Shown: piece after piece, positions 1 to 10,070 of the stretch
Layout of the letters: every line of letters starts with the position of its first letter
Position numbering within the stretch: the stretch's first letter is position 1
Source of the DNA: Kofleriaceae bacterium
GTDB lineage: Bacteria > Myxococcota_A > Polyangia > Haliangiales > Haliangiaceae
Reading direction: 5' to 3'
DNA length: 64,000 nucleotides
NCBI GenBank assembly: GCA_965215005.1
Contig: CBDCCZ010000018.1
Coordinates: 96,001-160,000, forward strand
The notes under the pieces: generated by a model
What the model was told of the DNA's origin: nothing
What the model saw: only the letters and a program-made list of their open reading frames with translations
The model's database searches: none
Translations under genes and position numbers: made by a program

Positions 1-444
1 ATCCTTCTATCCAACCGCACGATGGACGAGCTGCGCACCGAGCGCTACCGCAATGAGCGGACGGGCGCCGGCCTGCTCATCGCCGTGAGCATTGGCCTGC
101 TCCTGATCACCGGCAGCGGCATCGTCGGCGTCGCCAGCCTGTGGGTGAATCAACGGCGCAAGCAGATCGGTGTGCGCCGCGCCCTCGGCGCCCGGCGCAT
201 CGACATCTTGCGCTACTTCGTTACTGAGAACCTGCTCATCACCACTGGCGGCACGGTTCTCGGCGTGGCCCTGGCCATCGTCCTCAATCAACTGTTGATC
301 ACGCGCTTGGAGCTGGCGCCGCTGCCGCTCCGATATGTCGCCGCCTGCATGGTCTGCCTATGGGCACTCGGAATCGCCGCGGTGCTCGGTCCCGCTTGGC
401 GCGCAGCAGCGGTTCCGCCGGCGGTGGCAACCCGCAGCGCCTGA
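1..444 (+). CDS. ABC transporter permease, FtsX/MacB-like C-terminal part (5'-truncated by window edge)
   Basis: RRKQIGVRRALGA motif followed by TM helices and a C-terminal PAxRAAxxPP; frame is open to the window start. Confidence 0.85.
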   Translation: MLLSNRTMDELRTERYRNERTGAGLLIAVSIGLLLITGSGIVGVASLWVNQRRKQIGVRRALGARRIDILRYFVTENLLITTGGTVLGVALAIVLNQLLITRLELAPLPLRYVAACMVCLWALGIAAVLGPAWRAAAVPPAVATRSA

Positions 445-460
445 GCGCTAAGCTCGCACG

Positions 461-1810
461 ATGGCGACGACACCAACGGTGCTGGTTGTCGATGACAACC
501 CAGCGGTAGCCACGGCGCTCGACGTCCTGCTCTCGCTCCACGACGTCCGCACCGTTAGCGCCGCCTCGCCTCAGCAGGCGCTCGAGCTGCTCGCTCGACA
601 GACGGTCGACCTGGTCATCCAGGACATGAACTTCTCGACCGACACCACCTCTGGACAGGAGGGCGAGACGCTGTTCCGCGCCATCCGCGACCGCCATCCC
701 GACTTGCCGGTCATCCTCCTCACCGCCTGGACGCACCTCGAGGCCGCGGTTGACCTTGTCAAGGAAGGAGCAGCCGATTATCTGGCCAAGCCGTGGGACG
801 ACGAACGCTTGGTCGCCAGCGTGCGTAACCTCATCGAGCTCGGCGAGGCCAACCGCGTGCTGACGCAAGGTCGCGCGCGCGAGCGCCGCCAACGCCATGC
901 GCTCGAGCACTACGATCTGTGCGGCCTGGTGTTCGCCGATCCGGCGATGGAGCGGGTGGTGTCGCTTGCTTGCAAGGTTGCGCGCGCCGATGTGCCGGTG
1001 CTCATCACCGGGCCGAACGGCGCCGGCAAGGAGCGCATCGCCGCCATCGTTTGCGCCAACTCGAGTGTCGCCAAGGGTCCGTTCATCACCCTCAACTGCG
1101 GCGCCTTGCCTTCGGAGTTGGTCGAGGCCGAGTTGTTTGGCGTCGAGGCCGGCGCCTATACCGGCGCCACCCGGGCGCGCGAGGGCAAGTTCGAAGCCGC
1201 CGACCGCGGCACCTTGTTCCTCGATGAAATCGGCAATCTGTCGCCAGCGGCGCAGATGAAGCTGCTACGCGTGCTCGAAACTGGCCGCTTCCAGCGCCTG
1301 GGCAGCAACCGCGAACAGGAGGTCAAGGTGCGCCTGATTAGCGCCACCAACGCCGAGCTGCCGCAGATGATCGCGGCTGGCAGCTTTCGCGAAGATCTCT
1401 ACTACCGCCTCAACGTCATCGAGATCGGCGTGCCGCCGCTGGCCGAGCGACCGCGCGACCTTTTGCCGCTGGCCGAATCGTTCCTGCCGCCGGGCACACG
1501 GCTCGGTGAGGACGCCAAGCGCGCCCTCGCAAGGCACCATTGGCCAGGCAACGTTCGCGAGCTGCGCAACAAGATGCAGCGCGCGGCGTTGCTCGCGCAG
1601 AACCAGGAGCTTGACGCCGCCGATCTCGGGTTGGCCGGTGCAACAGCGCCCCCCAGCGGCGACGCCGACCTCGACCGCGAGGCGATCGAGCGCGCCTTGG
1701 CCGCGGCCGGCGGCGTCGTTAGCCAGGCCGCCGCCGAGCTGGGACTCAGTCGGCAGGCGCTGTACCGGCGCATGGAACGGCTCGGAGTCGGGCGCCGCGA
1801 GATCAAATGA
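461..1810 (+). CDS. sigma54-dependent response regulator (REC-AAA+-HTH, NtrC family)
   Basis: N-terminal receiver (VVDD...QDMN), GPNGAGKE Walker A, GAYTGA, FLDEIG, WPGNVREL, Fis-type HTH. Confidence 0.95.
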   Translation: MATTPTVLVVDDNPAVATALDVLLSLHDVRTVSAASPQQALELLARQTVDLVIQDMNFSTDTTSGQEGETLFRAIRDRHPDLPVILLTAWTHLEAAVDLVKEGAADYLAKPWDDERLVASVRNLIELGEANRVLTQGRARERRQRHALEHYDLCGLVFADPAMERVVSLACKVARADVPVLITGPNGAGKERIAAIVCANSSVAKGPFITLNCGALPSELVEAELFGVEAGAYTGATRAREGKFEAADRGTLFLDEIGNLSPAAQMKLLRVLETGRFQRLGSNREQEVKVRLISATNAELPQMIAAGSFREDLYYRLNVIEIGVPPLAERPRDLLPLAESFLPPGTRLGEDAKRALARHHWPGNVRELRNKMQRAALLAQNQELDAADLGLAGATAPPSGDADLDREAIERALAAAGGVVSQAAAELGLSRQALYRRMERLGVGRREIK

Positions 1811-3120
1811 GGGCGCCGCGCCAGTTCTCGGTGGCGGGCAAGCTCGCGGCCCTGGGCGCCGCGCCGCTGCTCATCGCCATCGTCTTCGCCGCCCTCCTCG
1901 CCCAGTGGACCGAGCCGGTGCTGGCGATGCTGGTGGCAGCGCTGCTCGCAGTCCCGCTGTGGACGTGGCTGGTCGCACGCGCCGTCACGCCAGTAATCGC
2001 ACTGTTTCGCGCGCTGGCGGGTACGACGAGCAGTTACCGCGACGGCGACTTCAACTTCAGCATCCGCTGGGATGCGCGCGACGAGCTCGGTGAGTTGGTC
2101 GCGGCGCACAACGACCTCGGCGCGATGCTGCGCCAGCAGCGCATCGGCCTGGTCCAGCGCGAGCTCTTGCTCGATACCATGGTGCAGCACACCCCGGTGG
2201 CGATGGTGCTGGTCGATGCGAGCCGGCGCATCATCTACGCCAATCTGGCCGCGCGTCGGCTCTTGCATGGCGGCCGCCGCCTGGAGGGGCAGGCGCTCGA
2301 GGCGGTGCTAGCCGCCGCACCAGAGCCGCTGCGTGATGCCGTCGCCAGCGGGGGCGATAGCCTGTTCACGGTGGACGCAGGCGACGAAGAAGAGGTCTAT
2401 CACTTGGCGCGGCGCGGCTTTCGCCTCAACGGCCGCGGCCATGAGCTCTATTTGATTCGGCACTTGACGCCGGAGCTGCGCCGCCAGGAAGTGCAGACCT
2501 GGAAGAAAGTCATTCGCGTCATCAGCCACGAGCTCAACAACTCGCTCGCGCCGGTGGCCTCATTAGCGCACTCGGGCGCCGAGCTGCTTCGCCGCGGCGA
2601 GCATCAGCGCCTCGGGCAGATCTTCGTGACCATCGAAGAGCGGGCCCGACACCTGGAATCGTTCATTCGCGGCTACGCGCGCTTCGCCAAGCTGCCGACG
2701 CCGCGGCGTGAGCCGGTGGCGTGGGCCGAGCTAATCGAGCGGCTGCGCGCGCAGATGCCCTTCGAGGGCCAAGCGCCGCCGGCCGACTGGATCGGCCGCG
2801 TCGACATCGCGCAGCTCGAGCAAGCCGTGCTCAACCTCCTCAAAAACGCCAACGAGTCCGGCTCGGCGGCCGAGGCAATCGAGCTGCGCATCCACCGGGC
2901 TCCGGGCTGGTATCGCCTCGAAGTGCTCGATCGCGGCACCGGCATGAGCGAAGCCACCTTGGCCCACGCGCTAACGCCGTTTTACTCCACCAAGCGCACC
3001 GGCACCGGCTTAGGCTTGGCCTTGGCGCGCGAGATCGCCGAGGCCCACGGCGGCTACATCGCCTTGGCCAACCGCCCCGACGGCGGCCTGCGAGTGACCT
3101 TGACCATTCCCGACCCCTGA
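1807..3120 (+). CDS. Sensor histidine kinase (TM-HAMP-PAS-HisKA-HATPase), cognate of the upstream regulator
   Basis: ISHELNN H-box, NLLKNA, DRGTG, FYSTK, GTGLGL; ATGA overlap with the upstream gene. Confidence 0.93.
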   Translation: MRAPRQFSVAGKLAALGAAPLLIAIVFAALLAQWTEPVLAMLVAALLAVPLWTWLVARAVTPVIALFRALAGTTSSYRDGDFNFSIRWDARDELGELVAAHNDLGAMLRQQRIGLVQRELLLDTMVQHTPVAMVLVDASRRIIYANLAARRLLHGGRRLEGQALEAVLAAAPEPLRDAVASGGDSLFTVDAGDEEEVYHLARRGFRLNGRGHELYLIRHLTPELRRQEVQTWKKVIRVISHELNNSLAPVASLAHSGAELLRRGEHQRLGQIFVTIEERARHLESFIRGYARFAKLPTPRREPVAWAELIERLRAQMPFEGQAPPADWIGRVDIAQLEQAVLNLLKNANESGSAAEAIELRIHRAPGWYRLEVLDRGTGMSEATLAHALTPFYSTKRTGTGLGLALAREIAEAHGGYIALANRPDGGLRVTLTIPDP

Positions 3121-3268
3121 GCAGCGCGCGGCAGCAACGCTGGCGGATTCTTCGAGCCATCGAACAGCGCGCGCCGGAGATCCCGATGAACAGGGCCCGT
3201 CCATGCCGGCAGGCTCAACCTACTGGCCAGTGCGCACTTCTGTGTTGCTGTTAGTCGATGTACCGACC

Positions 3269-3910
3269 TTATCGAAGACGCAACCTGAGCTCACCTTCAT
3301 AGTCGAGCTCGCCTTCTTCATTCCCGTCGACGCTAAGCACGAACTCATCGCGCAGCGCTTCTGCGAAGCACTCACACTCCGCGGCAACGTCGGGCGTCGG
3401 AGACGCTATCTCGCAACCCCAACCGCTCACGCTCACTTCCGAGCGACGAATTTCCGCATAGGTGGTTAGAGATACATCTTGCGATGACTCTCGCGCTCCA
3501 TGTATTCGGCACCTGTCGAGAGCCGTTGCGACTCCTGGAGTGGTGGAGTCACCTCCCCAGACGCGCTGTAGCCCAGCCATCGACGCGACAGCCAACTCTA
3601 CCTCGAGGGCGAACTGCGTATGCAGATAACGAAAACGGCCCCATTCCGAGCTGGTGGATAGTCGCACCGAATCGCCGTCCTCCAGCGCCTGCACGGCGGG
3701 CTGCGGTTGCGGTGCAGAAACTTTGCTACTCCTCAATTTGTACTGCGAAGTTGATCCTTGCCCGACGTCTAGATCAGCTGTCGCCGGGGCATCGGAAACA
3801 TCGATCTTCTTTGCATGTGTTGACAGCGAGTCATTTCCGCGCCTCATGTACCAAATCAGCATGACGACTGCAGCGAACACCACAGCGATACTGGAGAGAC
3901 GACGAAACAC
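3269..3910 (-). CDS. Hypothetical membrane-anchored protein
   Basis: 213-aa ORF with an N-terminal hydrophobic helix and scattered Cys; starts 7 nt after the end of the upstream co-oriented ORF. Confidence 0.6.
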   Translation of the reverse strand: MFRRLSSIAVVFAAVVMLIWYMRRGNDSLSTHAKKIDVSDAPATADLDVGQGSTSQYKLRSSKVSAPQPQPAVQALEDGDSVRLSTSSEWGRFRYLHTQFALEVELAVASMAGLQRVWGGDSTTPGVATALDRCRIHGARESSQDVSLTTYAEIRRSEVSVSGWGCEIASPTPDVAAECECFAEALRDEFVLSVDGNEEGELDYEGELRLRLR

Positions 3911-3917
3911 CGCGCCT

Positions 3918-4616
3918 TCACTCCTTTGCTGCAGGAGGCAAGTCGCCGTAGGCTTCTAGCCACCGTTCATACGTTGCTTGATCTCTTCGCTCCTTGCCAA
4001 ACACGAGCCACGTGGTGAACCTCCGCCCATGTTCCCCGTCCTCGACTCCTCCCACCTCTGCCGCATCACCCAACGTGTAAGGCTGGAGCGCCGCAAGAGC
4101 GGCATCCAACTCATCCGCCGATGCCCCGTTCATCACCACGTCGACCCGGCAAGTTCCTGTGAAGCATGTGGTAGTGAACTCCACATTCGCTTCTTCTAGT
4201 GCTTCTGCACGAAACGACAGAACCTCCTTCAAGGTAGCCTCCCGAGCCGAAGCAAACACCTCATCGCGAGGTTCCTTCGCGGCTAAGCGGCTAATGGGCT
4301 CGCCGCGCAACAGCATAAGAGCATGAGCGTCGTATCCGGGCGACGTCGGATCCACCTCGGCAACGAGATCAAGATCCTCGTCGTTCTGCACTGGTAGCCC
4401 CGGTCGCATCTGGCTCCTCGAGCTGTCTTGCTTGCTCAAGCGTTGGCTGCCAGCGGCCGGTTCCTCGAGAGAGCGACCCACCGGTGAAGAGTCACTGCAA
4501 GGGGACGAGCTGCTGCATGGGTTTGGCCGCTTGACCTGCGCGGCTAGAGAAACAGCGATTGCGACACAAATCGCAGCAGCGACGAGAGCTGTGATGACTA
4601 TGGAACGACTACGCAT
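3918..4616 (-). CDS. Hypothetical secreted or membrane-anchored protein
   Basis: 232-aa ORF with signal/anchor MRSRSIVITALVAAAICVAIAVSLAA and a CFTGTCRV motif. Confidence 0.65.
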   Translation of the reverse strand: MRSRSIVITALVAAAICVAIAVSLAAQVKRPNPCSSSSPCSDSSPVGRSLEEPAAGSQRLSKQDSSRSQMRPGLPVQNDEDLDLVAEVDPTSPGYDAHALMLLRGEPISRLAAKEPRDEVFASAREATLKEVLSFRAEALEEANVEFTTTCFTGTCRVDVVMNGASADELDAALAALQPYTLGDAAEVGGVEDGEHGRRFTTWLVFGKERRDQATYERWLEAYGDLPPAAKE

Positions 4617-4633
4617 GACACTCTATAGTAGCG

Positions 4634-6880
4634 CTAACGCTGCGATGAATCGCCGAGGCGCTTGCGCAGCTCTTCTAGGTTGAGGTCGATCGACTTCTTC
4701 GATTGCATGAGGCGCTCGAGCGGGTCCCGGGAGGTTGCGCTGCGGCGCAGGCGTGGACGCGCCTCTAGAAGCCCGGACAACGCATCGCGCAGGTGGGCCG
4801 GCAAGACGCTGTCGAGGTATTCGAGAGCGGTGCCGCGAAGGCTGTCGTCATCGGTTTGCAGGCCGCGAAATGCGACTTGCAGCGGCGCTTTGGGCAACAC
4901 CAGTGACAGCAACGTGAATAAATGCTCGAGGCTGTAGCTCTCGCGTGTTCGCTCGGCTGCGTTGATGAACAAGGATTCGTCGTGGTCATCGAGCAGGCGG
5001 CGGCTTTCCCAGACCCGGCGGTCGACTTGGACCTCGCGCTCGAGAGCGGCAAAGAGCACCGCGCGCGTGGGTGCGAGCTCAGGGCGCTGTCGCAAGAGCG
5101 CTGCCAAGGCCCGACCGGCCTGAAAGCGCACTTCGAAGCGTTTGTCCTCGAGCGCGGCCAGAAGGCCGGCCACGGCGCGCTGGTTGGCGGAATTGCCTAG
5201 AACCCGTGGGATGCGCCGGCGAATGGCGAATTCTTGGCCGGGGTCGAGCAGCGCGTCGAGAAGCTGACCGGTGCAGCGCTCGCTGAGCGGTCGCAGCGCC
5301 GCGACAGCCGCGGCGCTCACCTCGTCCCACGCGAGCAGCGGGATGACGTGGCCAATTAGCTCTGGCGACAAGGATCCCGATAGCGCCCTCATAACGCGCA
5401 CGCTGTCGCCGGAGCGCAACGCGGTGACTTGCATCAGCAGCTCATCGCTGCGTGATGAGGGCGCTAAAGGCGCCTCTGAAGGAGCGCGCTGAGCCACTGC
5501 TGGCAGCTCTCGGCTCTCACGCACGGAGATGTCGCGGGCCAAAAGCTCGGCCCCAGAGTCGCGCCCGAAGGCTTGCGAAAGGTTGATAGCGCCGATCGTC
5601 TGCATGACGGAGTTGCGCCCGGTGAAGTCGCGGCTGCGGCTCAGGTCGAGCTCGCCAGCGCGGTGTAATAGGCTCTTTTCGAGCGCCCGCACGTACCCCC
5701 GCTGCAGCCCCACGGCGACCAATACCGCCACCAACCCAACCGCTGCCGCCGCGCTCAGCAGCACAGCCGCCGCCGCGGCAGGCGCTATCAAGAGCAGCAC
5801 GAGCCTGGTAAAGCCGCCGCCGATGGCATCGCCGACGCGGTCGACGCCGACGTCGATGATGGTCTTGGTGGCGCGCTTTTGCTGCGGCGAGATGGGCGTG
5901 TAGAGCAGCTCGTAACCGGAGCGGAATAGCGATCCGCGAAGAATCGACTCAGCGGCGAACGCAGCGCCTGCCGCGCCGATACCCGGCAAGATGATGACGC
6001 TGAGGCTGCCGCCGACCAACGCGGCGGGCAAGATGGTCACGGTCCGCGCCAACCCGAGCTTCTCTAGGGCTACGCGTGACACCAAGGCTTGCACCAAAAA
6101 GGTCAATGCGCCAATCGCGGTATAGAAGACTGCAAAGAAACGCAGCAGCGCGTCGCCTTCGTAACGAGCAGCGGCATGCGACTTGAAAACGAAGTCGAGA
6201 AACGCGGCGCTAAGGGTGAGAAGAAACACCAGCAGCGCGATGCGGCGCAGATAAGGATTCCGAGCCAGGCTATCGACAGCCGAGGTATTCGGAGGCGGTT
6301 CTTGCACTCGTGCCGCCCCACGCAGCGCCAGGACCACCAAGGCGCAGACCCCGTGCATGATCGCGAGTCCCGGCAACATCGCTGAAATGCTGCTCGCCAT
6401 AGCGCCGACGCGCTCGGCGATGATTCCCCCAAGCAGCCCTCCGAGCGTGGCGCCGCCGGCGATCCGGCCGATGCTCTGTTTGGCGGTGTGTGGGTCGAAT
6501 CGCTCGTTGACAAGCGACCAGAATCCTGACACTAGCGTCGCTCCAAGCGCGGCGACGTGCAGAAACAAGACGATCGCGACAGTTCGCGGCGCCTGCTCGA
6601 TAACCAACCACTCCCCGACGAAACCCGCGGCACTGACGCCGAAGATGGCCGGCACGAGCAATCCTGGACCGCGCCGAGCCATCAGCTTGGAGATCGCCAG
6701 AACCACCACCAACGACACCAACGAGGATGCAATGAGCATCGTCGGCAAGTCGGTCACCGGAAAGTGCGAAAGAAACAGCGCATCGCGAGTGGCTTTGCTC
6801 GCCACTTGATTGGCGATCATCAGCACCGCACCGACGGTGGCGGCGCTCACTGCAGTGGCGGTTGTCTTGGCGCGGGCCAT
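4634..6880 (-). CDS. Npt1/TLC (ATP/ADP translocase-like) MFS transporter fused to a C-terminal HEAT-repeat region
   Basis: ~12 TM helices; KATRDALFLS, FWSLVNERFD, ELLYTPI, KTIID..VDRVGD motifs; HEAT-like helices (LEDKRFEVRFQAGRAL, LRGTALEYLD). Confidence 0.8.
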   Translation of the reverse strand: MARAKTTATAVSAATVGAVLMIANQVASKATRDALFLSHFPVTDLPTMLIASSLVSLVVVLAISKLMARRGPGLLVPAIFGVSAAGFVGEWLVIEQAPRTVAIVLFLHVAALGATLVSGFWSLVNERFDPHTAKQSIGRIAGGATLGGLLGGIIAERVGAMASSISAMLPGLAIMHGVCALVVLALRGAARVQEPPPNTSAVDSLARNPYLRRIALLVFLLTLSAAFLDFVFKSHAAARYEGDALLRFFAVFYTAIGALTFLVQALVSRVALEKLGLARTVTILPAALVGGSLSVIILPGIGAAGAAFAAESILRGSLFRSGYELLYTPISPQQKRATKTIIDVGVDRVGDAIGGGFTRLVLLLIAPAAAAAVLLSAAAAVGLVAVLVAVGLQRGYVRALEKSLLHRAGELDLSRSRDFTGRNSVMQTIGAINLSQAFGRDSGAELLARDISVRESRELPAVAQRAPSEAPLAPSSRSDELLMQVTALRSGDSVRVMRALSGSLSPELIGHVIPLLAWDEVSAAAVAALRPLSERCTGQLLDALLDPGQEFAIRRRIPRVLGNSANQRAVAGLLAALEDKRFEVRFQAGRALAALLRQRPELAPTRAVLFAALEREVQVDRRVWESRRLLDDHDESLFINAAERTRESYSLEHLFTLLSLVLPKAPLQVAFRGLQTDDDSLRGTALEYLDSVLPAHLRDALSGLLEARPRLRRSATSRDPLERLMQSKKSIDLNLEELRKRLGDSSQR

Positions 6881-6892
6881 AGCCGTGCGGTG

Positions 6893-7105
6893 CTAGAAAC
6901 GGCGCGCGAGCAGTAGCAGCGCCAGCACGATCAGCACTCCGGTGATAATGGTGCCAATCCAACGCGCCTTGCGCGACGCGCTGGGTCGACCGGTGGCGGC
7001 CCCTGCGACGTCTTTGAAGCCGCTGCGCATGCCCATCATCATCCCGCGCTTGCGCGGAGCAGACGCGTTGCGCCGGCGTTTACGAGGTCGTTTAGAACGC
7101 GACAT
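6893..7105 (-). CDS. Small basic protein with a C-terminal TM helix
   Basis: 70-aa ORF with a K/R-rich N-terminus and a single C-terminal hydrophobic helix; lies directly upstream of the transporter. Confidence 0.6.
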   Translation of the reverse strand: MSRSKRPRKRRRNASAPRKRGMMMGMRSGFKDVAGAATGRPSASRKARWIGTIITGVLIVLALLLLARRF

Positions 7106-7246
7106 GGCGGCAGTATACGTGCGCTCTTCTCATAAAGGTCCGCCGCAGTCGAGGCGGTCGAGTGAGCGTGAGCTGCATCGCGCCGAGCGAGCTCGTCGGC
7201 TCCAAGCGCTCAGGTCACTACGCGCGTTGCAGCTGCCGAAACGCCG

Positions 7247-8149
7247 TCATCGTCCAGTGCTTCCGCGGCAGCTGGCAACCAACGCGCGGAGGCGGGGCAC
7301 CGCATCGACGCTTCGCGCCCCATACCAGAAGAGATCGGCGCCATCGCAAAAGCGCACTCCGTCTGCGCCTGCCGGTATCGCCAGCTCGCGAAACACCTCC
7401 GCCTCGGTTTCGGAGAATGGATACGGCTCGCTCGGCAGCAGCACCAGGGCGGGCGCACGCGCCTCGACCTCGGCAAGCGTGATGCGCGGATAGCGAACAT
7501 CGCGCCCGGCAACGCGTTCTTCGGGCAGCGGCTCTGCCTTGCCCAGATCCGCGGCGAGAGGATAGTAGCGAATGCGATCGGCGAACACGTTGCGAGCGCC
7601 GGCGATGGTGAGCATGTCGCTGCCAAACGTGTCGCCGCCAAGCGTCATGAGCGGGTCCATCCAAATCGGCAAGAACGTCGCAACCGGCTCGCCTGCCGCC
7701 GCCTGCTCGGCGTCCTTGACGATCGCATACCCGCGGCGAATGAGCTCGGCCGCCGCGGGATCACTTGCAACGCCGAGCATGCGAGCGAGACGCGCGAGAT
7801 GGGCGACGCCGTCGGCGACGCGTTTGGGCAGTGAGACGTAGACGTTGACGCCCCTTTGGGCGAGTTTCTCGAGCGCGGGGCGCGCGTTCTCTTCCTGATT
7901 CGCCACCACCAGATCGGGCGCCAAGGCGAGCACCGCATCGACGTCAGCGTCCTTGGTACCGCCCACGGTAGGAATCGCCGCCACGCCCTCGACTGGCTCC
8001 ACGCAATACGTCGTGCGCCCCACGACACGTTCGCCAGCACCGAGACGAAACAGGCTGTAGGTGTCGCTCGGCACCAGCGACACGATGCGTCGCGGCGGAT
8101 GATAGAAGATGACGTCGCGCCCTAGGGCATCTCTGACTCGGATGGCCAC
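7247..8149 (-). CDS. Helical-backbone metal receptor (BtuF/cobalamin-binding-like), no signal peptide
   Basis: RIVSLVPS, VGRTTYC, VGGTK, PDLVVANQEEN, SEPYPF and FWYGAR motifs. Confidence 0.85.
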   Translation of the reverse strand: MAIRVRDALGRDVIFYHPPRRIVSLVPSDTYSLFRLGAGERVVGRTTYCVEPVEGVAAIPTVGGTKDADVDAVLALAPDLVVANQEENARPALEKLAQRGVNVYVSLPKRVADGVAHLARLARMLGVASDPAAAELIRRGYAIVKDAEQAAAGEPVATFLPIWMDPLMTLGGDTFGSDMLTIAGARNVFADRIRYYPLAADLGKAEPLPEERVAGRDVRYPRITLAEVEARAPALVLLPSEPYPFSETEAEVFRELAIPAGADGVRFCDGADLFWYGARSVDAVPRLRALVASCRGSTGR

Positions 8150-8212
8150 GAGCGGCAGGGTACACGAGCCGGCACCCGCGTGTTAGCGTCCGCACGCGGC
8201 AGCGACAGACGA

Positions 8213-9655
8213 ATGTTCAATACAGTCACGATCACCTTCTTTCTCTTTATCGGCGCGTTCACGGGCGTCGGACTCTGGGCAGCAACTCGCAAGCAAGAAA
8301 CGCCCGAGGATTATCTTCTGGCGAGCCGTAACGTGAGCCCCTGGCTCACCGCGCTGTCGGCGGTATCGACGCAAAACAGCGGCTTCATGTTCGTGGGTCT
8401 CACCGGCTCCGCCTACGCTGGTGGCGTCGCCGCTTCGGTATGGATGATGGCCGGCTGGGTGATTGGCGATTATGCCGCGTGGCTATTCATCCACCGGCGG
8501 GTGCGCGAAACCAGCCTCGAGGTCAACACCGTGCCTGGATTCCTCGGCCACGGCATTCCCGGCGGCCGTGTGGTGATCGTGTTGGCCGGCCTCATCACCT
8601 TTGCGTTTCTGGGCGTGTACGCCGCAGCGCAGCTCACCGCTGGCCGCAAAGCGCTCGAGACCTTCGGCATCGACGGAATCATCGGCGTCACCATCGGCGC
8701 CGCCATGGTCGCCATCTACTGTTTTTCCGGCGGCATCCGCGCGTCCATCTGGACCGACGCCGCGCAGTCGATCGTGATGATCCTGGCGATGCTGCTGCTC
8801 GTGGTCGTCGCACTCGATCGCTTGGGCGGCTTTAGCGGCCTCGCTACAGGCCTGCACGCCGCAGACCCGGGCCTCACGACGTGGTTTCCCGAGAGCTATG
8901 CGTTTGGCTTTGGTCCGTTCTTCTTCGGCTGGATCGCCGCTGGCTTTGGTGTCGTCGGGCAGCCGCACATCATGGTTCGCATCATGGCCATCGAGTCGCC
9001 GCAAGCGCTGCGCTCCGCCCGACGCGTTTACATGCTGTGGTTCATTCTGTTTTCCGCGGCTTGCATCTTAGTCGGGCTGAGCGCGCGGGTGCTGCTTCCT
9101 GAGCTCGTTGGCGGCGACGCCGAGCTGGCGTTCCCGTTGCTATCGCGCGCCGTGCTCCCCGGTGTGCTGGTAGGCGTGATGCTTGCCGGGCTATTTGCTG
9201 CCACCATATCCACCGCTGATTCACAGGTTTTGGCCTGCTCCGCGGCCATCACTCAAGACCTCGTGCCGGGCTGGGCGAAATCGTATGTGGCGGTCAAGGC
9301 GGCTACACTCACGATCACCATCATCGCCGCCGCCATCGCGATTATCGCGATTGATTCGCCAGACCTTTCCGATAGCGTCTTCACGCTGGTGATCTTTGCC
9401 TGGTCAGGCCTTGCCTCCGCGCTCGGCCCGCTGCTGGTGGTGCGGGCCTTTCGGCTGCCGATTTCCGCCTCGGTCGCCACCACGATGATCGCAGTCGGGC
9501 TTGCGACGGTACTGATCTGGATGTTCGTCTTAAAGTACTCTAGTGGCGTCTACGAAGCCCTACCCGGGCTCCTCGCCGGCGGCATCATCTACGCCGTGAG
9601 CTATCCTTCTCTCTGCCGAGCACGTCATGAGCAAGCTTCCCCGCGGCGCCGATAA
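8213..9655 (+). CDS. putP: Sodium/proline symporter (SSS family)
   Basis: DYLLASR, ALSAVST..SGFMFVGL, GGIRASIWTD, GQPHIMVR, AATISTADSQ; ~13 TMs. Confidence 0.85.
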   Translation: MFNTVTITFFLFIGAFTGVGLWAATRKQETPEDYLLASRNVSPWLTALSAVSTQNSGFMFVGLTGSAYAGGVAASVWMMAGWVIGDYAAWLFIHRRVRETSLEVNTVPGFLGHGIPGGRVVIVLAGLITFAFLGVYAAAQLTAGRKALETFGIDGIIGVTIGAAMVAIYCFSGGIRASIWTDAAQSIVMILAMLLLVVVALDRLGGFSGLATGLHAADPGLTTWFPESYAFGFGPFFFGWIAAGFGVVGQPHIMVRIMAIESPQALRSARRVYMLWFILFSAACILVGLSARVLLPELVGGDAELAFPLLSRAVLPGVLVGVMLAGLFAATISTADSQVLACSAAITQDLVPGWAKSYVAVKAATLTITIIAAAIAIIAIDSPDLSDSVFTLVIFAWSGLASALGPLLVVRAFRLPISASVATTMIAVGLATVLIWMFVLKYSSGVYEALPGLLAGGIIYAVSYPSLCRARHEQASPRRR

Positions 9656-10046
9656 TCGTCCCGACCCACGCGAGCTGGCCAAGCAGGCGTTCGAAAAAGA
9701 CGCCAATCCCGCGATCGAAGAGGCGCTGCGCGAGCTCACGCCCGAGGAAGCGGCCCTGTTCGTCGGCCTGCTCGAGGTCGCGATGAAGAAGCGCCGCCTC
9801 ATGCTGTTTGGCTATCTGCTGGCTCTCGCGGTGTTCTTCTCCGGCATGTTGCTAGCCCTCTTCGTCTACGGCACCCGTGAGCCGGGGCAGGTCCTAGAAT
9901 GGGTGTTTCTGGTGCCATTCACGGGCGTGGGCGCGGTGCTCTATCTCTTTGGCCGCTGGTCCAAGAGCATCGAGCAGCCGACCGCTGAATCGATACACGC
10001 CGATATTGAGGCACGCGCCAACGCGGCGCCCTCCTCGCGATCCTGA
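9627..10046 (+). CDS. Hypothetical two-TM membrane protein
   Basis: 139 aa with two hydrophobic helices; overlaps the putP end, operon-like. Confidence 0.7.
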   Translation: MSKLPRGADNRPDPRELAKQAFEKDANPAIEEALRELTPEEAALFVGLLEVAMKKRRLMLFGYLLALAVFFSGMLLALFVYGTREPGQVLEWVFLVPFTGVGAVLYLFGRWSKSIEQPTAESIHADIEARANAAPSSRS

Positions 10047-10070
10047 GCCCAGAACGCTGGCTGACGCTGC

